A DNA stretch of 64,000 nucleotides from Nostoc sp. DedSLP01 (GCA_034530875.2 JAVRCJ020000014.1:96001-160000), one strand, 5' to 3'; counted from the stretch's first letter, positions 9,730 to 20,580 are shown. Numbers and translations: made by a program. Notes: generated by a model not told the origin, from the sequence alone.

Positions 9730-9985
9730 TAGTACAATATTTTATTAACTCGTAGCGAATTCTCTGCGTACCTTTGCGGTTACCTCTGCGTTCCTCTGCG
9801 TTTAAATTTCAACCCCCAATTCGCTACGAACTCATGCAAAGCTCTATTGACTAAACTATGGTTAATAATAAATTAATTATTTTTATGCATATTTAAAACT
9901 AATTTCATCAAGTTAAAAGTTTTTATATTAACTCAATAGAATTTGTTTCTACTAAATTTTTTCTGTCACATCAGAGGCAAGCTTA

Positions 9986-12325
9986 ATGTCTAAATTGAGT
10001 CGTAGAGAACTTTTAATATTTTTTGCTGGCACTGCTGGCGCTGCTGTTTTCAAAGACAAACTCCTCAACAATATTGGCAAGATTGCAGAAGCGAAAACAG
10101 CGCCACTGAGCTTTACACCTATACGCCTACCACATCCTCTACCAATTTATCAACAGCAGAAAAATTTCTTGCCCACAAAAATTGGTGCAGGAGAAGTAGT
10201 TAATGCATCTGCCGATGTGAAATTAACTAGCTACAACGTTCTTGATGATGTGGTAGTGCCGCCAGAGTACGAACGTTATATCATCGTTAGTTGGGGCGAT
10301 CGCGTATTTCCTAACAAAGACGATTATTTCGGCTATAACAACGATTTTACTGCTTTTATTCCCCTTGGTAAAACTAATGATGTCGGCTATTTATGGGTTA
10401 ATCATGAATACATTAGTTTTCCCTTTTCTACTTTAGCCGTAGAAGATTCCTCTGATGTAAAAGTATTACCCGACGCATTTGAAAGCGTCATCGGCTGGGC
10501 TTTACCATCCACCAAAAATATTGAAGCCCAAGGCGAATTTTTATATAACCAAGGCGGCTCAATTATCCGCATCTCTCGCCAGAATGCAAGTAAACGTTTT
10601 GTTGTCCTCAAAGATGACAAAAATCGTCGCCTTCATGGTCTTTCGGGATTGGGAATCAATAGCCAACGCAATGATGACTACAAAAATATCACAGCTTGGG
10701 GAAGTCGCAAGCACCAAAAAGGCGATCGCAATTATTTAATTGCAACTGGTCCCGCTGCAACCCAAGTTTTCAACCTCTCCACTGACGAACTAGGTAACAA
10801 AATTATTGGTACTGCCTTCAACTGTTCTGGTGGTAAAACTCCTTGGGGAACAATTTTATCTGCGGAAGAGAACTTCCAAAGCACCGTTACAGAAGCAGTC
10901 ACAGCTAATGGAACTCAGACAGATTATACAGATAAAACTATCGGTAAGACTTTTGGATTGGTTGGTGAAAAATACGGCTGGATTGTAGAAATTGACCCCA
11001 CAAATCCGAAATTTCGTCCCCGCAAACATACTTGGTTAGGTCGTTTTCGCCATGAGAATATTGCCATGCGTGCTGAAAAAGGTAAAAAATTAGTTGCTTA
11101 CTTAGGTGATGACAGACGTGGGGGACACACTTGGAAATATATCAGTGCTAACACTATCTCTTCACCAACCAGTAAAAGCAACAGCAAGTTATGGGAAAAT
11201 GGAACTTTGTACGTCGCCCGCTACAATCCAGACGGTACAGGTAAATGGATACCGTTACTTTTAAGCACTGCTACCAATCCAATTGCACCAACAGTTCTAT
11301 CCTCTGTAGAATTTGCAGCATTGCAGAAAGCCCAAAAAGAAGGTCTTTTATCGCTACCGAAACGTAAAAATATTGCAGAACAAAGTGAAGATGGTGGTAT
11401 TTTTAAATGCGATCGCAATAACGAAGCAAAAGCACTACCTGATTATCAAAACAAAAAGCTATCTGACTTCTACTCTAGCCAAGGTGCCGTACTCGCTGAC
11501 GCCTTTTTAGCTGCAAACTTAGTCGGTGGAACTCCCACAGCGCGTCCAGAAGATATAGAAGTGCATCCAGCCACCAAAGAAGTATTCATTGCCTATACTG
11601 ATGGTGCCCCGGGTAGCGATGGTTATCCTGATTCGCGGATTTTTCAAGTTGCCAAATTAAGTACAGATGTCAATGCAACTCAGCAATCAGGAGGACTGTA
11701 CAAGATTATCGAAGATAGTGCTGATGGTACACGTTTAACCTTTAAATGGCACAGATTCGCCCAAGGTGGCGAAGCCGGGTCTGTGAATGGTGCTGGTTTT
11801 GCCAACGTCGATAATTTAGTTTTCGACGATCGCGCAAATATTTGGGGCGTCACAGATATGCCTAGCAACACTCATAATGGTTTTGATGTCGGTGCTGAAG
11901 GTAAGCAAACCAAAATCGAGCGCACAGCTAGCGGTAATGTTTCTGATTTGACAGGAGTTTTCGGCAATAACTGGTTGTTTTATATTCCTACCAGCGGTGC
12001 AAATGCCGGACAAGTCATACCCTTTGCATCTGGGCCAGTGCGTTGCGAAATGACAGGGCCAAGTTTTGTTGGGAATACGCTGATTATTTCAGTACAGCAT
12101 CCTGGTGAAGATTGCCCAATTAATGATGGCACGATTCTGAGTCGCAACATTGAATTATTAGATTTGAATGGTAGTACATTCAATCAAACTCGCAGTTTAC
12201 CTCGTGGCAGTAGTTGGCCGAGTAATATTTCTAAAGCTGATGGTGGAAAAGAGCAAGCTACAGGTATTCCCCGACCATCTGTAATTGCTATCCGCCCAAA
12301 AAATCAAGGCAGCAAATTTATTTAA
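9986..12325 (+). CDS. phoX: PhoX family alkaline phosphatase, Tat-exported (copy 1)
   Basis: SRRELL twin-arginine signal; WVNHE, NCSGG, EEN, RHEN, RPED, NVDN, CEMTGP and VQHPGE PhoX motifs. Confidence 0.92.
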   Translation: MSKLSRRELLIFFAGTAGAAVFKDKLLNNIGKIAEAKTAPLSFTPIRLPHPLPIYQQQKNFLPTKIGAGEVVNASADVKLTSYNVLDDVVVPPEYERYIIVSWGDRVFPNKDDYFGYNNDFTAFIPLGKTNDVGYLWVNHEYISFPFSTLAVEDSSDVKVLPDAFESVIGWALPSTKNIEAQGEFLYNQGGSIIRISRQNASKRFVVLKDDKNRRLHGLSGLGINSQRNDDYKNITAWGSRKHQKGDRNYLIATGPAATQVFNLSTDELGNKIIGTAFNCSGGKTPWGTILSAEENFQSTVTEAVTANGTQTDYTDKTIGKTFGLVGEKYGWIVEIDPTNPKFRPRKHTWLGRFRHENIAMRAEKGKKLVAYLGDDRRGGHTWKYISANTISSPTSKSNSKLWENGTLYVARYNPDGTGKWIPLLLSTATNPIAPTVLSSVEFAALQKAQKEGLLSLPKRKNIAEQSEDGGIFKCDRNNEAKALPDYQNKKLSDFYSSQGAVLADAFLAANLVGGTPTARPEDIEVHPATKEVFIAYTDGAPGSDGYPDSRIFQVAKLSTDVNATQQSGGLYKIIEDSADGTRLTFKWHRFAQGGEAGSVNGAGFANVDNLVFDDRANIWGVTDMPSNTHNGFDVGAEGKQTKIERTASGNVSDLTGVFGNNWLFYIPTSGANAGQVIPFASGPVRCEMTGPSFVGNTLIISVQHPGEDCPINDGTILSRNIELLDLNGSTFNQTRSLPRGSSWPSNISKADGGKEQATGIPRPSVIAIRPKNQGSKFI

Positions 12326-12461
12326 ACTGACAACCCACGTACATTGGTTTTGTCTGTGTAACTGCCAATTGAATCCATCAAATTATATCATTTTTGGCTA
12401 ATCACTTGTGATTAAAATTTCTCTGCGTCCGAGCGTCCCCATGTCCCCCCGTCAGCCTAAA

Positions 12462-12555
12462 TAGACATCTCCAGAAATTAATTCTGCGTTACCCGAAATC
12501 TTTGTAGAGACATAGCATTGCTACGTCTCTAAATTCCTTTTCACTCCTATGTCTA
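12462..12555. repeat. Degenerate MITE-like element containing a GTAG REP-type hairpin
   Basis: TAGACAT...ATGTCTA ends enclosing GTAGAGACATAGCATTGCTACGTCTCTA (12504-12531). Confidence 0.5.
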
Positions 12556-12711
12556 AATAATAAGTCTTCAAACCAACACGATATTAGAGGTCTTTTGATA
12601 ACAGTCAGATGTTTTTTTTGAATTCTAACTTAATCTATTCTGACTTTTTATTTTTAAATTCTCTGGGTAACAAAGATTTGAGTCAGTAGAGAATAAACAG
12701 AATAAATCTCT

Positions 12712-12741
12712 ATTAATCAAGATATAACCTAACCTTAATTT
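12712..12741 (+). promoter_or_regulatory. Putative Pho box upstream of the second phoX
   Basis: ATTAATCA (12712), TATAACCT (12723), CTTAATTT (12734) at 11-bp period, homologous to the box at 9700. Confidence 0.65.
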
Positions 12742-12939
12742 TTGCTGATTAAATTCTATGACAAACTGAAAAATTTTTGTCTAGTTAATTAACCGAAATC
12801 ACAAACAAAGTTTTGTTAATAGCAGGTTATTAACTAATCAAAAATTGTGGTATTTCACATTAACAATTCATGGCTTTTTCTGCCAGTAACCAAGATTTGT
12901 CTTTACGAGATTTTTCATGTCACAAGCGAGGAGAGTTTG

Positions 12940-15300
12940 ATGTCTACATTGAGTCGCAGACAAATTTTAATGTTTTTTGCTGGCAGTGCTGGTGCTGCTG
13001 TGTTGGGAGACACCATTCTAGATGGTATTTCTAATGTTGCAGAAGCAACAAAAAAACGACTGAGCTTTACACCAGTACGTTTACCCCATCCCCTACCCGC
13101 TTATCAAAAGCTGAAAAGTTTCTTACCAACGAAAATCGGTCAGGGACAAGTACTCAATGCATCTGGAAATGTAAGGTTAAATAGCTACAACGTTATTGAT
13201 GATGTAGTAGTACCACCAGAGTACGAACGTTATGTAATTGTTAGTTGGGGCGATCGCGTATTTCCTAACAGCGATGATTATTTTGGCTACAACTGCGACT
13301 ATACAGGTTTTATTCCCCTTGGCAGAACCAATGACGTCGGCTATTTGTGGGTCAATCACGAATACATCAGTTTTCCTTTTTCCGATTTAGCACCAGAAGC
13401 TCCAGCTGATGTTAAAGGATTACCCAGCACCTTTGAATCAGTCATTGGCCGGGCTTTACCTAGCACTAGAGGCGTGGAATTTGACGGCGAAGCATTGTAT
13501 AACTTAGGCGGTTCAATCGTCCGCATCTCCAGACGTAATTTTAATAAACGTTATGCTGTGGTTAAAGGTGATGCGAGAAACCGCCGCATTCACGGCCTTT
13601 CTGGGTTAGGAATTAATAGCCAAAGGACTGATGAATATAAAAACATTACTTCTTGGGGAAGTCGCAGCTACCAAAAAGGCGATCGCAACTATTTAATTGC
13701 AACTGGCCCGGCCGCTACCCAAGTATTTAACCTCTCCTCTGACGGACTAGGTAACAAAATTATTGGCACTGCCTATAACTGTTCTGGCGGTACAACTCCT
13801 TGGGGAACTATTTTAAGTGGGGAAGAAAACTTTCAAGGAAGTTCGGGATCTTTCGTTGGTGTCACAGAATCAGTCAACCCTAATGGTACTCAAACAGGTT
13901 ACACCGATGGTACTACAGGTAAAACCTTCGGCTTAGTTGGAGAAAAATACGGTTGGATTGTGGAAATTGACCCCGTTAATCCAGATTTCCGCCCTCGCAA
14001 ACATACTTCGTTGGGTCGTTTCCGCCACGAAAACGTCGCCATCCGTGCCGAAGCTAAAAAGCCATTAATCGCCTATATGGGTGATGACAGGCGTGGGGGA
14101 CACACCTGGAAATTTGTTAGTGCAGGTGTAATTTCTTCACCAACCAGTAAAGCCAACAGTAGTTTGTGGGAAAACGGTACTTTATATGTCGCCCGCTACA
14201 ATCCAGATGGTACCGGTCGATGGATACCTTTAACATTGAACACTCCCACCAATCCTATTGCCCCATCGGTGATTTCTTCTGTGGAGTTTGCCGCTTTGGG
14301 TTCCGCGCAAAGAAATGGCCTTTTACTCCTACCAAAACGCAATGGGATTGCACGTCAAACTACAGATGGTGGTTCCCTCGCAGTCGATCGCACCAATGAA
14401 GCCCAAAGACTACCTGATTATCAAGGTAAAAAACTATCTAACTTCTACACTTCCCAAGGTGCTATCCTCGTTGATGCTTTCTTAGCAGCAAACTTAGCCG
14501 GCGGCACCCCTACCGCCCGCCCAGAAGATTTGGAAGTCCATCCAATCACCAAAGAAGTGTTCATTGCTTATACCGATGGTGCCCCAGGAAGCGACGGTTA
14601 TCCAGATTCGCGTATTTTCCAGGTTGCTAAGTTAAGTACAAATCCTAACGCGACTCAACAATCTGGAGGATTGTACAAAATTATTGAAGATAGCGCCGAT
14701 GGTACCGGTCTAACCTTCCGTTGGCAGAGATTTGCCCAAGGCGGAGAAGCCGGATCGATTTCTGGTACTGGTTTTGCCAATGTAGATAACCTAGTGTTCG
14801 ATAACAAAGCAAATATTTGGGGTGTCACGGATATGTCTACCGACACTCACAATGGTTTTGGCCTTGGTGCTGCTGCAACTCCAACTACCATTAACCACAC
14901 AGTTAGCGGTAATGTTGCTTCCTTTACTGGGGTTTTTGGTAATAACTGGCTATTCTACATTCCTACAACCGGTAGTCATGCTGGAGAGTTAATACCATTC
15001 GCTTACGGCCCGGTGCGTTGTGAGATGACTGGTCCAACCTTTGTAGAAGATACTCTAATTATTTCCGTACAGCATCCCGGTGAAAATTGTCCGATTAATG
15101 ACGGAACGATACTAAGCCGCGATATTGAATTACTCGATTTGAATGGTGTTACATTCAATCAAGCTCGTACTGTACCTCGTGGCAGTAGTTGGCCGAGTAA
15201 CATCCAAACTGCTGACGGTGGTAAGGGTCAACCTAAAGGTCTTCCCAAACCTGCGGTGATTGCCATCAAACGCAAGCATCCTACTGGTAGCTTTACTTAA
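12940..15300 (+). CDS. phoX: PhoX family alkaline phosphatase, Tat-exported (copy 2)
   Basis: Start moved to ATG 12940 (GAGGAG RBS, MSTLSRRQIL Tat signal, aligns with copy 1); same PhoX motifs. Confidence 0.92.
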   Translation: MSTLSRRQILMFFAGSAGAAVLGDTILDGISNVAEATKKRLSFTPVRLPHPLPAYQKLKSFLPTKIGQGQVLNASGNVRLNSYNVIDDVVVPPEYERYVIVSWGDRVFPNSDDYFGYNCDYTGFIPLGRTNDVGYLWVNHEYISFPFSDLAPEAPADVKGLPSTFESVIGRALPSTRGVEFDGEALYNLGGSIVRISRRNFNKRYAVVKGDARNRRIHGLSGLGINSQRTDEYKNITSWGSRSYQKGDRNYLIATGPAATQVFNLSSDGLGNKIIGTAYNCSGGTTPWGTILSGEENFQGSSGSFVGVTESVNPNGTQTGYTDGTTGKTFGLVGEKYGWIVEIDPVNPDFRPRKHTSLGRFRHENVAIRAEAKKPLIAYMGDDRRGGHTWKFVSAGVISSPTSKANSSLWENGTLYVARYNPDGTGRWIPLTLNTPTNPIAPSVISSVEFAALGSAQRNGLLLLPKRNGIARQTTDGGSLAVDRTNEAQRLPDYQGKKLSNFYTSQGAILVDAFLAANLAGGTPTARPEDLEVHPITKEVFIAYTDGAPGSDGYPDSRIFQVAKLSTNPNATQQSGGLYKIIEDSADGTGLTFRWQRFAQGGEAGSISGTGFANVDNLVFDNKANIWGVTDMSTDTHNGFGLGAAATPTTINHTVSGNVASFTGVFGNNWLFYIPTTGSHAGELIPFAYGPVRCEMTGPTFVEDTLIISVQHPGENCPINDGTILSRDIELLDLNGVTFNQARTVPRGSSWPSNIQTADGGKGQPKGLPKPAVIAIKRKHPTGSFT

Positions 15301-15309
15301 AAAATGAGT

Positions 15310-15338
15310 GTAGAGACGTTAAATAATAACGTCTCTAC
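15310..15338. repeat. GTAG REP-type palindrome just after the phoX2 stop
   Basis: GTAGAGACGTT-N7-AACGTCTCTAC. Confidence 0.7.
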
Positions 15339-15673
15339 ATTCTTCAATTTTCTCAGCTGTCTATCAACTTTGTGTAAAGCGATCGCAATAAATACAATCT
15401 GTTATGTTGATATTTGTAGCGATTATCAACACTTGCTGACAGCAAACTTTTGGCAAGCAAAAGTTATTTTGCATTCAAAACATTGAGACATTGGAAACTA
15501 GATCGAAAAATATTTATATACGAGCGATCGCTTTATTAGCAAACTCCGATTAAAACTTCTGGCTTTTGAATTCTGGCTTTGAACTCCCATTAGTTATTGT
15601 ATAAATAAAATATAGATGGATTAGTTTCGATATAATAATGACTCATTCTTTGTTTTCCTAACTGGAGAAATTA

Positions 15674-16876
15674 ATGGGTCGCGCCAAAAAGGTTGTTCTG
15701 GCATATTCTGGCGGAGTAGATACCTCTGTTTGCATTCCTTACCTGAAAAATGAGTGGGGTGTAGAAGAGGTAATTACCCTAGCAGCAGATTTAGGTCAGG
15801 GAGATGAGTTAGAGCCAATCAGAGAAAAAGCTCTGAAATCGGGTGCAAGTGAATCCTTAGTTGCGGATGTTAAAGAAAGCTTCGTTAAAGATTACGCCTT
15901 TGGAGCAATTCAAGCCAACGCGCTTTATGAAAATCGTTATCCACTAGGAACTGCCCTTGCCCGTCCGTTGATTGCCAAGATATTAGTAGAAACAGCCGAA
16001 AAATACGGTGCTGATGCGATCGCTCACGGTTGTACTGGCAAAGGTAACGATCAAGTCCGCTTTGATGTCTCTGTTACCGCCCTCAACCCCAACATCAAGA
16101 TCCTCGCGCCAGCCAGAGAATGGGGAATGAGCCGTGAGGAAACCATCGCCTATGGTGAAAAGTTTGGTATTCCCTCACCAGTCAAAAAATCTTCTCCCTA
16201 CAGTATTGATAAGAATTTACTCGGTCGCAGTATTGAAGCTGGTTTACTCGAAGATCCTTCATTCGAGCCACCAGAAGAAATCTATGAAATGACCAAAGCG
16301 ATCGCCAACACTCCCAACGAACCAGAGTACATCGAAATTGGTTTCCATCGCGGTATTCCCACCACCCTCAACGGTGCAGCCAAACAGCCAGTTGAGCTAA
16401 TTGAACAACTCAATCAGCTTGTAGGAAATCATGGTGTTGGACGGATTGATACGATCGAAAACCGTCTAGTAGGCATAAAATCGCGGGAGATTTACGAATC
16501 ACCCGCGATGTTAGTCCTAATTCACGCACATAGGGATTTGGAAAGTTTGACTTTGACAGCAGATGTCACTCATTACAAACGTGGGATTGAAGATACTTAC
16601 AGCCAAATCGTTTACAACGGTCTGTGGTACAGTCCACTAAAAGCTGCACTCGATGCTTTTATTCAAAAGACACAAGAGCAAGTATCTGGAACTGTGCGGG
16701 TGAAGTTGTTCAAAGCTAATGCCACCATAGTTGGACGCTCTAGCGATAATTCCCTCTACAGTCCCGATCTGGCAACCTATGGAGCCGAAGACCAATTCGA
16801 TCATAAAGCTGCCGAGGGCTTTATCTACGTTTGGGGATTACCAACTCGCATTTGGTCGCAGAAAACGAGAAGTTAG
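15674..16876 (+). CDS. argG: Argininosuccinate synthase
   Basis: [26 protein letters not shown] and KSREIYE motifs. Confidence 0.97.
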   Translation: MGRAKKVVLAYSGGVDTSVCIPYLKNEWGVEEVITLAADLGQGDELEPIREKALKSGASESLVADVKESFVKDYAFGAIQANALYENRYPLGTALARPLIAKILVETAEKYGADAIAHGCTGKGNDQVRFDVSVTALNPNIKILAPAREWGMSREETIAYGEKFGIPSPVKKSSPYSIDKNLLGRSIEAGLLEDPSFEPPEEIYEMTKAIANTPNEPEYIEIGFHRGIPTTLNGAAKQPVELIEQLNQLVGNHGVGRIDTIENRLVGIKSREIYESPAMLVLIHAHRDLESLTLTADVTHYKRGIEDTYSQIVYNGLWYSPLKAALDAFIQKTQEQVSGTVRVKLFKANATIVGRSSDNSLYSPDLATYGAEDQFDHKAAEGFIYVWGLPTRIWSQKTRS

Positions 16877-16985
16877 GAGTTAGGAGTTAGGAGTTAAGAG
16901 GTAAAAATTCCCAAATTCAAGAATTCAAACTAAAAAAATAACTTTTTTACTCTATTCCTAACTCCTCACTCCCCACTCCTCACTC
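16868..16985. repeat. STRR-type heptamer tandem repeats (GGAGTTA / inverted copies)
   Basis: gttaggagttaggagttaggagtt followed by inverted ctcctaactcctcactccccactcct, between convergent argG and dedA. Confidence 0.75.
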
Positions 16986-17005
16986 TCTATTTCACTGCTA
17001 ACTCT

Positions 17006-17638
17006 TCACTCTTCGCTCCCCACTTCTTTAACTTGACGAGACTCCAGCCATACTGGGACAAAAATTAAAGCCGCTATGATAAATAGTGCTGCGATTGCAA
17101 ATTGACTTACCCAAGCAACCAATTGTTCTAGGGAGATAATTTTGCCAGCAAAGAAAGCTAATGTCACCATCAAGCTAGCCCAAGCAACTGCCCCTAAAAA
17201 GTTGTATAAAAAGAATTTTGCGAAAGGAATTTCGGCTATCCCAGCTAGTGGTGCAGCAAAAACCCGTAGCAAAGCTAGAAAACGTCCAAAAAATATTGCT
17301 TTTGCACTATTTTGACTAAATTGTTCTTTAATATTCAGCATTCGCACTTCCGAAATCCGAAAGATGCTACCAAATTTTACTAGAAAAGACCAACCGCTAA
17401 CTCTACCAACCCAATAACCACAAGTACCGCCAATTACGGCACCCATAATTGCGTCACCGAGAACAAGCCAGTAATTCAGTTCGTCGCTACCAGCTAAAAA
17501 TCCGCCCACTAAGGTTACGGTTTCGCCAGGAACGGGAAGGCCTAAATTTTCTAGCAAAATTCCCAAAAAGATTGCCCAATAGCCGTAGTTATGAGCGACT
17601 TCCTGGATGTTTTCTAGTGAAATAAGTTCTAAAGACAT
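17006..17638 (-). CDS. DedA family membrane protein
   Basis: LENLGLPVPGE, GYWVGR and FFGRF..LR DedA motifs. Confidence 0.9.
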   Translation of the reverse strand: MSLELISLENIQEVAHNYGYWAIFLGILLENLGLPVPGETVTLVGGFLAGSDELNYWLVLGDAIMGAVIGGTCGYWVGRVSGWSFLVKFGSIFRISEVRMLNIKEQFSQNSAKAIFFGRFLALLRVFAAPLAGIAEIPFAKFFLYNFLGAVAWASLMVTLAFFAGKIISLEQLVAWVSQFAIAALFIIAALIFVPVWLESRQVKEVGSEE

Positions 17639-18125
17639 CCCGCACCGCCGTCTTTACAAATTTTTACTTTTAATATATCTTTGCTTGTTTTAGGGCGGAG
17701 TGTCAATCAAACCACTACATGAATTCATGCAGCGATCGGTTCAATTCTGATTTATCTATAGATGATAGTCTATGGTAAATATTATTATTTAGCTATTAAT
17801 TCTAACATTTTTAAGTTTTGATATCACAAATATATAATTCTTTAAAAGAAATAAAAATAATTTAGAAAAAATTTATAAATCTCGGCTTTATTTGTGAAAA
17901 TCTTGTAAAAGACACCGTTGATACCGAATTTATTAGGCGCTTATGCCTATATTGGGGAAAGTTATTACAAATTATACGACATGAATACTGAAATAAGCTC
18001 TGTCAACTTCATAAATCGAATTACCTAAATATTTAGGTAAAACAACGATTTTTCGGTTGAAAGAGAAGAGGTATTGATGTCATTTTTCAATTTTTGTCGC
18101 TTTTTCCAACTACCCTGTTAAATTT

Positions 18126-18479
18126 ATGACTCTCACACAAGAAACTCAAGTAATTTTGTTCAAACCAGAAGCGAGTATCGATCTGGAAGGTGGCATGGTT
18201 TTGAGCGAACAGATGGCTAGAGTGGTACCCCAACCTAATCAACTTTGGATTATCGATTTAGCAGAAGTTAATTTTATGGATAGTTCTGGCTTAGTTCCTT
18301 TAGTCAAAGGTTTGAAAGCTGCACGAGAAAGCGGCTGCCGCTTAGTTTTATGCAACGTGCAAACTCCTGTAAGATTAATTTTGGAACTTACCCAGTTAGA
18401 TTCAGTCTTTGAAATTTTTGACACTTACGAAGATATCTTTACCAGTGCTAAAGATAAAAGTCTGGTGCTAGCAGGCTAA
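18126..18479 (+). CDS. STAS-domain anti-sigma factor antagonist
   Basis: IDLAEVNFMDSSGL motif with phosphorylatable Ser; LELTQLD.VF. Confidence 0.9.
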   Translation: MTLTQETQVILFKPEASIDLEGGMVLSEQMARVVPQPNQLWIIDLAEVNFMDSSGLVPLVKGLKAARESGCRLVLCNVQTPVRLILELTQLDSVFEIFDTYEDIFTSAKDKSLVLAG

Positions 18480-18592
18480 TTGATAAATCTACCTTGAGAA
18501 GGATGGTGGAGTCAAGAAAATTTGCATTTGTTTACAATTTTCCGTGTATGTTCGCGTCGTCAAGGATAATAGTCTGGTGCTAGCAGGCTAAT
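18459..18592 (+). repeat. Direct repeat duplicating the 3' end of the STAS gene
   Basis: AGTCTGGTGCTAGCAGGCTAAT identical at 18459-18480 and 18571-18592. Confidence 0.9.
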
Positions 18593-19016
18593 ACCCTATC
18601 TTACGTAGAAAAAAGTGTTGAGGAAAAGCCTTAGTTTTCCGGCTATCCAGCTAGTATGGGAAATGACCAAGATCGGTCAAAGCAAATGCAATTATTTGTG
18701 AGACTCCCCAGCCTCTGGAAAGCATCCCCACTACGGCTACAGCACTGGGTATGAACTAAACAAATACCTTCTTCTTCCCTCCACTCACTACTTCTCGATC
18801 GAGGCTTAAGATTATTTCTTGAAAGCGGTCTTTAGGCAGCCTACTAACCGCTATGAATAAAAGGAACGTTTTCTTCCTCCATTCCCCCCTTTCCCTATAT
18901 TTATTGAAAAGTATGATTTTTAACATACTCTAAGCTAATTGTTTTATCTTTGACGCAGCCAAGCTAATGGACGTCGAAATTTATTAGCTGTTTAATTGCA
19001 CCCAAATATTTCTAAT

Positions 19017-19577
19017 TTAGGCATTTTGGGGAGTTGAGATTTGAGTTTGTTCGGATACTGGCCGGGGAAAATTGGGCAAATCAATGCCGCTGTGACTAGC
19101 ACTGCGGGTTTTGATTGCTAAACGATAACTTACACTTTGGAGTTCCGCCTGTAGTTGGCGGTTTTCTCGTTGTAGCATTGCTACTTTTTCTCTGACTGGT
19201 GTCATTCGCTCCTCAAACTTACGACGGTAAATTTGAGGCAACTCTTGTACTACTTGCTCTAACATCCGAGTGCGATCGCTCAGTTCTTGAACTGATTGCC
19301 GCAATTGATAAATTTCGGAGTCACGAGTTGTAATCTGCTCCTGGTAGAATGCTACCTGCTGCTCCACAGCTTGGAGTTGTTCTTGCAAAGCTTGTATCTG
19401 CGTTATATCGCGCTCAAGGTTCGGCTGTTGGGGCATAAAGTTAGTATTGCCCTTTACCAACCGAAAGAGTTCTTGAGATAGCTGTTGCACTAATTGATCG
19501 CGAAGCTGCAACTCCTGGCGTAGCTGCGAGACTTCAGTCGAGAGAGCTTGAATGTTGGGTGTATTAGATTGGCTCAC
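19017..19577 (-). CDS. Coiled-coil cyanobacterial hypothetical protein
   Basis: 186-aa Q/E/L-rich heptad protein downstream of rpsF. Confidence 0.8.
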   Translation of the reverse strand: MSQSNTPNIQALSTEVSQLRQELQLRDQLVQQLSQELFRLVKGNTNFMPQQPNLERDITQIQALQEQLQAVEQQVAFYQEQITTRDSEIYQLRQSVQELSDRTRMLEQVVQELPQIYRRKFEERMTPVREKVAMLQRENRQLQAELQSVSYRLAIKTRSASHSGIDLPNFPRPVSEQTQISTPQNA

Positions 19578-19724
19578 AGTGGCTAAAAGCTCCCATTCAG
19601 AATCTTGTCCACTCTTAGGTATAACTGCGGGAGTACTACCTTTGGCAAGTATTTGTTAATTTAGCATTGCGAGCCAAGTTACTGGTAAATAAAAAAACAA
19701 AATTTTAATTAAGGGCATTGGAAT

Positions 19725-19803
19725 GGGGAAAGGGAAAAGGGTAAGGGGGAAAGGGAAAAGATTAAATTTATTCCTTTTCCCTTTTCCCTTTAACCTTTTC
19801 CCC
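19725..19803. repeat. Dispersed purine/pyrimidine palindromic repeat (GGGAAAA / TTTTCCC family)
   Basis: Near-identical copy at 25613-25685 and related copies at about 33029-33083, 48458-48500 and 50756-50819. Confidence 0.8.
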
Positions 19804-19839
19804 TACCTTCCCAGTTCCTAGTCCTCAGTCCCGAGTCCC

Positions 19840-20172
19840 TTAAGCAGTTGCATTTGCAGCAACTTTAGCGGCTTTAGCTTCTTGGGATTCCTGCTTAATT
19901 GTGAGATAGCGAATCACGTCTTCACTCAAGCGCATAGCGCGTTCAAAGGGGGCGATCGCAGTTGCAGGTGCGGTGTAGTTTAACTGAATGTAGATACCAT
20001 CGCGGTGTCTTTTAATTTCATAAGCCAGACGACGCTTACCGCGATTTTGAATTTCAATATCCTCAGCGCCTTGTTCGCGAAGCAAATTCTGATATTTAGT
20101 AATTGCTTGCTCTGCTTGTTCGTCTCCCAAGTCAGGGCGCAGAATGTACATTGTTTCGTAACTTGTGGTCAT
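19840..20172 (-). CDS. rpsF: 30S ribosomal protein S6
   Basis: [10 protein letters not shown]...GKRRLAYEI...G.Y...VIRYL. Confidence 0.97.
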   Translation of the reverse strand: MTTSYETMYILRPDLGDEQAEQAITKYQNLLREQGAEDIEIQNRGKRRLAYEIKRHRDGIYIQLNYTAPATAIAPFERAMRLSEDVIRYLTIKQESQEAKAAKVAANATA

Positions 20173-20183
20173 TTTTTTGTTGT

Positions 20184-20275
20184 CTCCTTATGGACAAAAT
20201 GGCTGCTAGTGTTAATTTATACTGCGTTTAAATTTTAAATACTAGTATCGCTCAACATCTGAAGCAACAAGGAAC
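20184..20275 (-). promoter_or_regulatory. S6:S18 ribosomal protein leader (autoregulatory 5' UTR RNA)
   Basis: Minus strand reads GUUCCUUGUUGCU...AGCAGC-CAUUUUGU-CCAUAAGGAG-N-AUG: outer UCCUU/AAGGA stem sequestering the RBS, inner stem, and CCR internal-loop motif as in known rpsF leaders. Confidence 0.72.
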
Positions 20276-20580
20276 TATAATCTTACCAGTTTTCAATTTG
20301 AATCATTAGCCAATCCGCCGAACTTTGGATTTTATTTCTTAGATGTTCCTAATGAAATGCTAGGTCGAAAGCCGACTTCAGATTTCCTTAGCAAGGAAGA
20401 ATCCAGCTTTTGGTGTTCGCCAGCAAATTGATTCAGCTATCAGCTTAGGTTTTTTTAAGGATATTTTATGGCGATCGCTTTTTTGCTCAAGGCTCAATCG
20501 GTTCGCTAAGAAGCTAACTGAGGATTGCTAATACTTGTTTACAGGTTTTAATCAAAGACAAAAGGATATTCATCAAGGTT

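Noticed and set aside
12847..12939. N-terminal extensions in the ORF track for phoX2 (also rubA, thiS, marR)
   Set aside because: Downstream ATGs fit RBS position, signal peptide or family length better
18600..18900. Possible ncRNA in the STAS to coiled-coil gene intergenic region
   Set aside because: Moderately GC-rich but no recognisable RNA family or convincing structure by eye; needs an Infernal scan or RNA-seq
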